Source: Candidatus Fervidifonticultor secundus
GTDB lineage: Bacteria > Sysuimicrobiota > Sysuimicrobiia > Sysuimicrobiales > Humicultoraceae
NCBI GenBank assembly: GCA_031459385.1
Contig: JAVKIP010000006.1
Location: 1 to 64,000 of the forward strand
Direction: 5' to 3'
Length of the DNA: 64,000 bases
Every line of letters starts with the position of its first letter. Positions within the stretch are counted from its first letter, which is position 1. The translations under genes were made by a program, and so were the position numbers. Positions 1-8,800 of this stretch are shown here, one piece after another. The notes under the pieces are model-generated. The model worked only from the letters and a program-made list of their open reading frames with translations. It did no database searches and was not told the DNA's origin.

Positions 1-224
1 GGAGGCCTGAGCGCAAGGACATGGGAAGCGCTGAAGGAATTACTATCGCATCGGAAGGGAGGTGAGGTCTCTCCGAGCCAGCGACTCGTCGCTCCGCTCC
101 GCCGGTGATCGAGATTGCTGGACTGAGTGATCGGGAATTCGCGGAACGACCGTTCGGAACCACGCTGAACTGGGTGTTCGAATTCAGTGAAATCCGCACA
201 CTACCCTGAGCCCCTGCAGGGGCC

Positions 225-668
225 TCACCCGCTACCGCTTCCTCCGACAACTTCCCTCGCGAGGTGCACGGCTTCGTCAGCGAGGGCCAGGGCCTGCTTG
301 GCGTCGGCCTCGCTGAAGAGCTCCCATGGCGTCTTCCACGCGGCCTCGTCTCCGTAATCGCTCTGCGCGTGGATGTCCGGGCCGAGAAGCCGTGCACATT
401 CCGTGATCCGCTCGACCCGCGCCCGGACCTCTGCCGGAAACCGGCCCTCCTCCAGGGCCTTTCGCAGCAGGACCGCCGGGTTGTGGGTACGCCCGAGCGG
501 TCCCAGCAGGGCAAGCACAGCCTTGCCGGCGTTCTCGACGGCAAGCTGGCTGTTGTCCACGCACGAGCGCCAGCGTGCAATACCCAGGTCCTGGCGAGCC
601 TCGTTCAGGAAACCTTCGGCGAGGTTCAGCCGGTACGCGCTCTCGCTGCCTGGCGAACTTCGCCTCAT
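225..668 (-). CDS. HEPN domain protein (putative toxin of an MNT-HEPN pair)
   Basis: LAEGFLNEARQDL...SQLAVENAGKAVL...GRTHNP pattern typical of HEPN; ATG at 668 overlaps the MNT stop (ATGA at 665-668). Confidence 0.8.
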   Translation of the reverse strand: MRRSSPGSESAYRLNLAEGFLNEARQDLGIARWRSCVDNSQLAVENAGKAVLALLGPLGRTHNPAVLLRKALEEGRFPAEVRARVERITECARLLGPDIHAQSDYGDEAAWKTPWELFSEADAKQALALADEAVHLAREVVGGSGSG

Positions 669-1132
669 GCCTTCAGCCTCGGTGCCCAAGGCCCGGTTGG
701 CTGCTTCCTCCAACGCCACTCATAGCCTTCCTCGGTCCACTCCCGGTAGAGACCCAGGTCCTCGATGAGCCGCCGCAAGTGCGAGAGCCGCTCCGCCAGG
801 TAACCCCGCGGGTCGTAGAGGATCTTCCCGTCCAGGGCAATGTCCAGGTAGAGAGAGGGCGAGTGGTCCTCGAACTCCTCCGGCGTTCTTGCGAGGAATG
901 AGACGGCCTCACACCCCGGAGGCAGGAGCTGCTTCAAGAAGATGAGGCGTTCCAGGGGACTTTCCGGCAGGCCCTGAACCACGACCAGCAGGTCCCAGTC
1001 GCTCTCCTGGTCCGCCTGGCCGCGGGCCCGGGAGCCGAAGAGCGCCACGGCCACAAGGCGATCACCCAGGGCCTTGCTCAGGGCCTGCACCGTCAGGGCG
1101 GCGACGTTGTGCTCAGGGGCTTGCGACTGCAT
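665..1132 (-). CDS. Minimal nucleotidyltransferase (MNT, putative antitoxin)
   Basis: LFGSRARGQADQESDWDLLVV = GS-x10-DxD motif; translationally coupled to downstream HEPN. Confidence 0.85.
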   Translation of the reverse strand: MQSQAPEHNVAALTVQALSKALGDRLVAVALFGSRARGQADQESDWDLLVVVQGLPESPLERLIFLKQLLPPGCEAVSFLARTPEEFEDHSPSLYLDIALDGKILYDPRGYLAERLSHLRRLIEDLGLYREWTEEGYEWRWRKQPTGPWAPRLKA

Positions 1133-1625
1133 CGGCTACTTCCTCCTCAGCGGAGGGTTCCTTGGCGGAGAGCTCCTGCAGGCTCCGTTGGATCTCGGCA
1201 AGTTCGGGGTCGGTGAGCCCCCAGAGCCTTGCCGCCTACCGGTCGATCTCTGCGTCGATGCGTCTCAGGACCGCAGCATCCTCGCGTCTTACGTCTTCGT
1301 GGGCGCCCTCGATGTAGTCCCGCACCTGACGGATCGAGTTCCTGGTGGCCGCATCCGGCGGCTTCTTCAGTGTACCGGGGCGTTCGTACTCAACGACGAG
1401 CCGGTTGAAGACCGCGTCGGCCCGTCCGGTTGCGAGCGTGTACTCAGCGTGGGCCAGCTGGTCGAGCCCGACCTCGCGGCAGAAATCGTCCAGGAGTGGC
1501 TCAATTGCCCGCCGGAAGTCGGCTTCACCGGGTCCTTTGGGAAGGATTCCGCGAAGCCTCTGTTGCAAGGACCTCGCCCAGGAGCGGGTCAGAGTTTGAC
1601 GTTCCCCGGGGCTGAGGGTGGGCAT
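1113..1625 (-). pseudogene. Internally deleted type IIG/N6-methylase restriction-modification enzyme remnant
   Basis: N-terminal GRADAVFNRLVVEYERPG segment joined in frame (near 1305) to a C-terminal AHE...EIDR*AARLWGLTDPELAEIQRSL tail; in-frame TAG at 1236-1238; no methylase motifs left; GGAG RBS before ATG 1625. Confidence 0.6.
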
Positions 1626-1859
1626 TGCCTGTTCTCCGCCTGTTGGGCTCAGTTTTGCATCGGGAGATTTCGCTCCCGCTCGACAGTTCCCCCTCACTCT
1701 GCCTTCAGGCGCCCGGGAAGCCGCTCCGCCCCCTCAGCGCGGATTTCGAGGTAGCGCCGGCGATGACTTGGAATCCGCAGCTTGAGGCCAGGCTTAGCTG
1801 CCACCGACGGTTCCAGGAATGGGTAGACTGGGGAGTGCATCCCCTTAGCCGAGTCCCCG

Positions 1860-3119
1860 CTACACCTTTCCGCAGCAGTGCTTGTACTTCCGCCCCGACC
1901 CGCAGGGGCAGGGGGCGTTGCGGCCGACCTTCTGCACACTGGCTGACGAACCGACCGGTTGCAGCAAGCCCTGCGGGTCGCCAAACCGGTCCGCCAGCGA
2001 GCCGGCTTTGGCCAGCAGGAGCGCCTTCGCCGGGCCGACGGCCTCGACACCCTGCTGGATCAGCCAGCGGCAGGTTTGCCGGACGAACGCCACCTGGTCC
2101 AGGTCGCCCTGCCACCGCCTGCGGGCTGCACGGCGCGCGGGCTGCCGGGATCGGAGCTCCCACTCGCGGTCGTCCACGGCGTCCAGCAGGTCGAAGAGGT
2201 CCTCGATGCCGGCCTCACGGGCCACGTCGAGGAACCCGACTTGGAGGACTGCCGCGTCCAGGGCGGTCTCGGGGCAGACGGGGATGCCGGTGGGTTCCTC
2301 GATGGGCGCGTGGCAGCGCTCGCAGGTCTCCGAACCTTCTGCATCGCTGTCCGGCGCCATGGCCAGGATCTCCTCCAAGGGGCGCAGCGGCAGGACCTGG
2401 CGCCGATGGCGGAAGGCTTCGTGCCTGCGCGCGACGAGCAAAATGCCGATCCATGACGGCTCGATTCCTCCCTCCAGCGCGGGGAGGCGCCGGTAGCGCA
2501 GGCGCCAGTCCGCTTTCCACAGGAAGGCAGGGCGGCGACGCCAGTGGAGGTCTCGGATGGCGTCCTCGAACTCCAGGCGTTGCCACGGCGCGCACACTCG
2601 GTAGGCCTCGTACAGTCGGGGAATGACCTCGGGGCGCCCCTGATCGGCCAGCGCCAGGGCCAGGACATCGCCCAGGTCATGGTCGCGGACCAGCGCGTCT
2701 GCCAGCGCGGCGTAGGCGAGGTCGTCGGCGATCCAGCCCAACGCCGCGTAGGCGCAGGCCCGCTGGGGGCTCTCTCCGGTCTGTGCGACCTGGCACAGGG
2801 CGGGGACGGCAGGGGAACCGATCACCGCCAGCGCTTCGCACGCCGCCGGCGCCAGTAGGTCCAGGTCGGTCCGGCACATCTGGCGTACCAGAGGATCCAC
2901 CGCGAACGGGGACCGGGACTGACCGAAAAGGACCACGAGCCAGAGCAGGTCGCGGTCCTCATCCTCCTGCCAGCGGAGCAGGGCTTCCGCCAGCATGGGC
3001 ACCACGTCGTCCCCCGCTGCCAGGACCTGCTCCATGGCACGCACCGGCATCCCGACATGCCACGTGGTGATGCGGTCGATCAGATCTTCGACTGCGGCCG
3101 GCCGAAGATGGTGTGCCAT
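1860..3119 (-). CDS. HEAT-repeat protein with C-terminal SEC-C zinc-binding motif
   Basis: C-terminal KVGRNAPCPCGSGRKYKHCC; HEAT-like helices (AACEALAVIGSPAVPAL, AYAALGWI). Confidence 0.8.
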   Translation of the reverse strand: MAHHLRPAAVEDLIDRITTWHVGMPVRAMEQVLAAGDDVVPMLAEALLRWQEDEDRDLLWLVVLFGQSRSPFAVDPLVRQMCRTDLDLLAPAACEALAVIGSPAVPALCQVAQTGESPQRACAYAALGWIADDLAYAALADALVRDHDLGDVLALALADQGRPEVIPRLYEAYRVCAPWQRLEFEDAIRDLHWRRRPAFLWKADWRLRYRRLPALEGGIEPSWIGILLVARRHEAFRHRRQVLPLRPLEEILAMAPDSDAEGSETCERCHAPIEEPTGIPVCPETALDAAVLQVGFLDVAREAGIEDLFDLLDAVDDREWELRSRQPARRAARRRWQGDLDQVAFVRQTCRWLIQQGVEAVGPAKALLLAKAGSLADRFGDPQGLLQPVGSSASVQKVGRNAPCPCGSGRKYKHCCGKV

Positions 3120-3121
3120 GG

Positions 3122-3439
3122 CTACACCGCCACCCCCTCGCGGACCGCCTCGGCGACGGTGGAAATCTCCGCGGACTTCCGGGCGAACTCCGCGGGCGTG
3201 TAGCAGAGCGGCTGGAGGTCCACATCCAGATCCCAGAGGTCCAGGACCGCGCGGAGGCGGTCGGGCCAGGGAATACCCTCAAAAGCCGGCGAGACCAGGA
3301 TGAGGTCGTAATCGCTGTCCAGCAACTCATCGCCCCGCGCGCGCGAGCCGAAGAGGATCACCCGTTCCAGCGGAAAGCGTGCGCCCACCGCCTGAAGGAA
3401 CCTGCTCAACCCCGACCGGTCAATGCCGCGGTGACCCAT
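3122..3439 (-). CDS. Minimal nucleotidyltransferase (MNT)
   Basis: ILFGSRARGDELLDSDYDLILVS, GS-x10-DxD; 105 aa; overlaps the HEPN 3' end. Confidence 0.85.
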   Translation of the reverse strand: MGHRGIDRSGLSRFLQAVGARFPLERVILFGSRARGDELLDSDYDLILVSPAFEGIPWPDRLRAVLDLWDLDVDLQPLCYTPAEFARKSAEISTVAEAVREGVAV

Positions 3440-3795
3440 CGGTGCACCCGCTCCGCCGCTTGCAGTAGCGTGGAGGCCCTCCGCTCATCGTAGTTCTCCG
3501 CCGGCACGCCATTGGCCGCGTCCGGGTACCGGGAGGCCGCGTATTCGGGGTTGAGGAGACGAAGATCGCTCAGCACCTCCTCGGGCACCTCTAGCAGCCG
3601 CCCCAGTTCCACCAGGTTATGGGTCTTCGGAGGCATGCTCCGCCGGAGTTCGATGATGGTACCCTTCAGCCACTTCTCCGCCGCCTGGTGGCAGGCGAAC
3701 GCCGCTGCGAAATGGAATCCGGCGCTGGTACTGGCCCTGGCGTGGGCCAGATCGGCATCGGCCTGAACAATCCACCGCCGCGCTTCCTCTCGCAT
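3406..3795 (-). CDS. HEPN domain protein
   Basis: WIVQADADL..A, FACHQAAEKWLKG, PKTHNL, YAASRYPD motifs; GGGAGG RBS upstream of ATG 3795. Confidence 0.85.
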   Translation of the reverse strand: MREEARRWIVQADADLAHARASTSAGFHFAAAFACHQAAEKWLKGTIIELRRSMPPKTHNLVELGRLLEVPEEVLSDLRLLNPEYAASRYPDAANGVPAENYDERRASTLLQAAERVHRWVTAALTGRG

Positions 3796-4221
3796 GGACC
3801 TGACCTCCCAACAACATATTCGCGGCGTCGCGGGGAAACACTCCCTCGAGGGTAACGGCACGAAGCATCGCGGTCGACTCGAGGGAAAGGGTCAGCGTAT
3901 TCACTTCGAGAAGAGTTGGGGAAGGTGGCGTCGCTTCGGACTCTGCTGGCAGGATAGCCCCCCGGGTGCCGCAGCGTCGCCCGGGCCACCGCGGATGCAC
4001 CGGCGTGGCGCCGAGCCGTTTTTGCACCTCGATCCCGTACGCTTTGGTTCTGCTGGGCGTTGCCGAACTAGATTAACAACAACACGCTCAGCGACCGCAG
4101 CCAGCGCCTGAACTGCGGCACTACAAACCTGTGCCGGACGTGACCACCTCGACGGTGCCACGCCCCGGAGCACGAGACCCCCGCCTTTGGTCGCCATGCG
4201 CGTCGGCGGGCACGCGCGCCG

Positions 4222-4513
4222 CTACGCTCTCGAGTTGCCCCTCCGCTGTCGCCACCATTCTTTGAGGACTATGCCGAGAAACGTCACATCATCGACAAGG
4301 TAGCGACGCCACAGGCGGCGCGGTTCGTGGGCGAGACGCCAGAGCCACTCTAAACCCCGCGCGCTGCAGCCAGCGGGGGGCGCGGGACTTGATACCCGCA
4401 GCGGAGTCGACGGCCGCGCCGCAGCAGATCGCAACGGTGCAGGCGAGGCGGCTCGATGCCGATGAACGAACAGTTCCTGCTTCGGAGAACCGAGCCTACG
4501 AAAAGCAGATCCT
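4222..4513 (-). pseudogene. WecB/TagA/CpsF glycosyltransferase C-terminal remnant, multiply frameshifted
   Basis: Across alternating frames: DLLFVG / LGSPKQELF / VAICCGAAVDSAAGIKSRAPRWLQRAG / LEWLWRLAHEPRRLWRRYL, the family C-terminal motifs in order; 5' part missing. Confidence 0.75.
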
Positions 4514-4780
4514 TCCAGATCTCGTGCCTGTAGGCCCCGCGTCACCGGGCCTCCGGAGGACGCCGAACTTCAGCAGGATGCGCGCCGCCCGATGGGACGC
4601 TACCGGGCGAGCTGGCCGGGCAGTGCGGCGGCCCAGGCCCGCCCCAAACCAGCCTATTGAAGTCGAGCACCGCCAGGTCGTCGGCCGTCAGCGCCGACGG
4701 CGTCGACGACCCCAGCGGGGGCCCGCCGGGTCCGACGATGGGGTGCAACCCCTCCGCGGCGTAATAGCCTTGAGCCGCTG
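4514..4780 (-). repeat. Degenerate, internally deleted copy of the adjacent NMT1/THI5 gene
   Basis: 4514-4660 aligns to 4877-5026; 4657-4692 to 5239-5274; 4693-4780 to 5625-5713 (colinear, with substitutions and 1-bp indels). Confidence 0.9.
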
Positions 4781-4857
4781 TTGCGGGCACACACGGCCCG
4801 CGTCGCCCGGACTCCCCCGTCGTGGCGTGGGTCACAACCTGGGAGGCGCAGCCCTAG
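4776..4857 (+). repeat. Degenerate direct-repeat copy of the 3' end of the PilX-like gene (about 14837-14922)
   Basis: ccggactcccccgtcgtggcgtgggtcacaacctgggaggcgcagccctag vs ccggactcgcccgtcgtggcgtgggtcacgacctgggaggagcggccatag. Confidence 0.9.
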
Positions 4858-5891
4858 GGCTTTCCCGTGGCCAACCTCCAGATCTCGTGCGTGTAGGCGC
4901 CCGCGTCAGGAGGCCTCCGGAGGGCGCCGAACTTCAGCAGGATGCGCGCCGTCCGATGGAACGCCACCGGGTCGAGCCGGCCGGGCAGTGCAGCGGCCCC
5001 GGGCCCGCCCCAGACCAGCTTGTTGACCTCGGCCATCATCCATGTCTGGTGGGCGCGGTCCAGCCTGGGATTCTCCTTCAGTACGAGTTCCACGCACTCG
5101 GCCGGATGGGCCCGGCAGTACTCCCAGCCCTTGAGCGTGGCGCGGAGGAAGCGGACGGCCAGGTCCTTGTGCGCGGGCTCTTGCAGCCAGCCTTCGTTGA
5201 CGACAATGCCGTCCTCCAGCACCGCCGTCCCTTCGCGGTTGAAGTCGAGAATCGCGAGGTCGTCGGCCGCCAGCCCAGCCTGGAGGATGTGCCAGACCTC
5301 GTCGTAGCTCATGGCCGCCGTGGCGGCCACCTCCCCGGCGAGGAACAGCGCCACGTCCGCCCGCTGCTGCACGAGCGTGACGTCACGGGCGCCCAGCCCG
5401 TACTTCTCCAGCGTCGCCAGCAGGGGGTACTCGCGGCCGCCGAACCAGACGGCAACCCGCTTGCCCCGATAGTCGCGCGGGGAGACCGTGCCTGCGCCCT
5501 TGCGCGAGACGTGCCGGAGGCCGCCCGCAGCGAAGAGCTGCGCGATGTGCTGCACCGGTACGCCGGCATCCTGCGCGACCAGCACGTCGACGAGCCACGC
5601 CACACCGAACGCCGCCTGACCCCGGCCGACGGCGTCGACGACGGCTGTGGGGGTGCCGCCAGCTTCGACGGCGGGGCTCAACCCTTCCGCGGCGTAGTAG
5701 CCCTGGGCCGCTGCGGCGTAGAAACCGGCGAAGCGCGCCTGAGCGTTCCCGGGCACTCGCACGCGGTGGCGCAACACTCCGTCGGTGTATCTGCGCCCGT
5801 AGGTCGCGCCAGCCAGCACCGCAATGGCGATAACGATGAGCCAGGCCCAGCGTCGCGGCGTCAATGACCTATGCCCGGGGCGCCCCATCAC
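4854..5891 (-). CDS. ABC transporter substrate-binding protein, NMT1/THI5-like
   Basis: QARFAGFYAAAAQGYYAAEGL, AAMSYDE, FLRATLKGWEY motifs; N-terminal hydrophobic helix; GTG start overlaps the stop of the giant gene. Confidence 0.8.
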   Translation of the reverse strand: MMGRPGHRSLTPRRWAWLIVIAIAVLAGATYGRRYTDGVLRHRVRVPGNAQARFAGFYAAAAQGYYAAEGLSPAVEAGGTPTAVVDAVGRGQAAFGVAWLVDVLVAQDAGVPVQHIAQLFAAGGLRHVSRKGAGTVSPRDYRGKRVAVWFGGREYPLLATLEKYGLGARDVTLVQQRADVALFLAGEVAATAAMSYDEVWHILQAGLAADDLAILDFNREGTAVLEDGIVVNEGWLQEPAHKDLAVRFLRATLKGWEYCRAHPAECVELVLKENPRLDRAHQTWMMAEVNKLVWGGPGAAALPGRLDPVAFHRTARILLKFGALRRPPDAGAYTHEIWRLATGKP

Positions 5892-8800
5892 TTGCTGTGA
5901 ACGACGACGTTCCCGCCCTTCAGCCCCTGGGCGCTGAAGCTGCGGTACGACACGCCGTTCTTGTCGTAGACCTTCAGCGCGTAGGAGTCCACTCCGATAC
6001 CAGAGCTCTGACCGCTGTCGGTCGCCTCGGCGGTGAACGTCGCGTTCCCGTCGCTGTAGAGCAAAGACCCATCACCCGCCCGGTTGATCTGAATCGTGCA
6101 CTTGCCCTCCAGCGTCCCCGTCATCGGGTAGCCCGATGCGTTGGTCTTGAACTGCAGCGCTGTTAACGAGTTGCTCTTGATGATGTAGTCTGCCGCCACG
6201 CCATTGTACATTCCCCGGTACACATAGACCATTTGGCCTTGCGGCTGGGCCTTCTTGTTGTACCGTGCGTTGAAACCAAAATTGCCATGGGAGTAGTCAG
6301 GGGCGGGATCCTCGATCCATCCACCGCCCGTGATGAACTGACCTGTATTATTGTAAAACGCGATGGTCGCTGTCTGCGCATACGGGGCGACATACCACGT
6401 ATTCGTACCTCCGCTCGGCCCGACCACACGCGCTACCACACAGTAGGTCTGCTCGTTCAAACTCATGTAGCTGTGCTCTGCCGTGCCGATGCCGTCACCC
6501 GGGGTGCCCGTATCCTGCACCTGCGCGAGGAGAACGACGGAGGGATTACCACTGTTGCAGCTACCGCCAGTGTAGATCCCGAACTCCACCCACATCTTCG
6601 TGACGTCGCCAATCGTAGCGCCGCCGCCTGTTTCCACGCCGGCGCCCACAAACGAGGCGGCCGCGCTGTCCCACACCGTCGCGCGAAGCATGAGCGACGT
6701 CCCGACCCGGGCGATCGTGCCGCCCGTGTACTCCACGGCCGCGTCCTCCCGGCTCACCGTGATCGTCACTGTGGTCTCGCCGACGTTGCCGCCGTCGGTC
6801 GTGTCGCTCACCTGGATCGTCACCACATAGTCGCCGGCCTCAACCTGCGGGGCGCCCGCCAGGGTCCAGCTCCGCGATCCGGGAACCTTGTTGTCGGTGG
6901 AGCCGAGCGTCAGGCTCAGGCCGGCGGGAAGCCCGGACACGGAGGGTCCTCCATTCTTCGCGAAGGTCGTCGTGGCCGCCAGAAGCGTTCCCGCCGAGTC
7001 TGCGTCTGTGGCGGTCACGGTCACGGGATCAATGGCGTCGGTGTACTGCGTCGACCGCGAGCCGACATTGGCTACAACGACAGGGCTGTCATCGTCGTCT
7101 TTGATCGTTCCTACGCCCTGGCCGTCGGAGATCTCGAAGTCGCCGGTGCCAGACAGATTCGCGAAGAGCGTCTCGTTGTCTTCATCGACTAGGTCCGGGC
7201 AGACTGTTACCGAGAACTTTCGCATCACAGGAGTATCGGAGCTTGCATCGAACGTAATCGACCCGCTGGCACTGACGTAGTCGACGTTGGAATCGCAGCT
7301 AGCTCCAGCAGCCGCCGTCGCGCCGGCGCTAGTCGTAGCGTAGTTTACGGTCGCGTCCAGTTCGGTGGCACCTGTCCTGGTCACGGTGAACGTGAGGGTA
7401 GAGGTCCCACTGTCGCCCTCGTCGGCCGTCACGTCGTCGATGCGCAGGAGGGGTGGAGCGTCGTCATTTTCGATGACCCCCTGGCCCGTCCCGTCACCGA
7501 TCGTGGCGTCGACCGGGGCGCTGAGGGTCACCTGGAAGGTCTGGTCCCGCTCGTAGACCTCCTCCCCACACACCTGTACCGTGATCGTCCCGCTGCCCGC
7601 CGCCGCCGGGATCGACAGCGTCCCGCTCGCCCCCTTGTAGTCCGGCGTCCCCGTGCTCCCACAGGCCGTGCCCTCGCTCGCCGCCACCGGCGCTGTCCCC
7701 GTAGGCGCTGTGGCATAGGCCACCGTCGCGTCCAGCTCCGTGGCCCCCGTCTTCGTCACCGTGAAGGTGAAGCCCGTCGTCCCGCTGTTCCCCTCGCTGG
7801 CCGTCACGTCGGCGATGCGCAGGACGGGCGGAGCGTCGTTGTCGAGAATCGTCACGGTGGCGCTGCTCGGTGAGCCGACAATGTAACCGCTCCCGGCAGC
7901 GAGGGTCACCACGACCGTCTGGCTACCCTCGTATACGGCGTCGTCGACGGGCGTCACCGTGATCATCGCGCTCGTGGCGTTTGCGGGGATGGTTACCGAC
8001 CCCGTGAGCGCCGCATAGTCGCTCCCCGCGGTCGCCGTACCGCCCACCGTGTAGTTGACGGTCAGAGCCGTCGGATCCGCCGTGGTTCTGGTGACGGTGA
8101 AGGTCCCCGTGTCAGGCCCCGCTTCGGCAGCGCTCGCATCGCTCGCCGTGATGGTCACAACCTGGGACACGGTCACGCTCGGCTGCGAACCCTGGATGGA
8201 GAACAACTGGCTGCTGCAATTTGGGTTCCCATAGGCGCTCGTTGTCCATGTCTTCGTGCCTCCGGTGGTCGCCGTCGCTGTGAACGTGACGACGACGGTA
8301 CCGTTAGGATCGATGCTGTTCGACGCCGCGCCGGTTCTTTGCGTTTCTATCGCGCCGGCATTGACTGTCGGCTGGCTCCAGGTGCGTAAGGTCGGGCCTG
8401 GGTCCGTCGCCGCCACGCTCATGTTGGCCGGGTTGCCTGCGCCGGCGGGGATCGTCACCCTGACACAGTCCATGCTCTCGCCGGCATTGCTGGTATTGGT
8501 GATCGTGAGCGTGTAGGTTGTGGCGGCCCCGACGTTGGTCGAGGTCGGCGAGATCGCCGCGGTGAAAAAGCGCGCAGCCGCCGTGTAGGGACCGACGTAC
8601 GGCCCGCCTTCTCCCACCGGTTGCGCGCCGGCTGGCTGCACCGGCTCCGTGCTCGTGTCCGCCATCGCCCGGGCCAGGTTGATGCGGCCGTTCCCCGTCT
8701 GCTCCTGCGTGCCCGCACTATCTGCCGTGCGGGCCAGGCGCCCGACAATGATCCCGTTAGAAAGCGCCGGATCGGCGGCCTTCATCAGCGCCGCCGCGCC

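Noticed and set aside
1..224. Gene end or attachment site at the window edge
   Set aside because: A 35-codon open frame (1-108) and short palindromes are present but cannot be assigned without upstream sequence
1236..1238. Pyrrolysine or programmed readthrough at the in-frame TAG
   Set aside because: Lies in a gene already lacking its core; no pyl genes; TAG is used as a normal stop elsewhere in the window
4514..4857. Diversity-generating retroelement template repeat
   Set aside because: No reverse transcriptase in the window; mismatches to the parent are not adenine-specific and include indels
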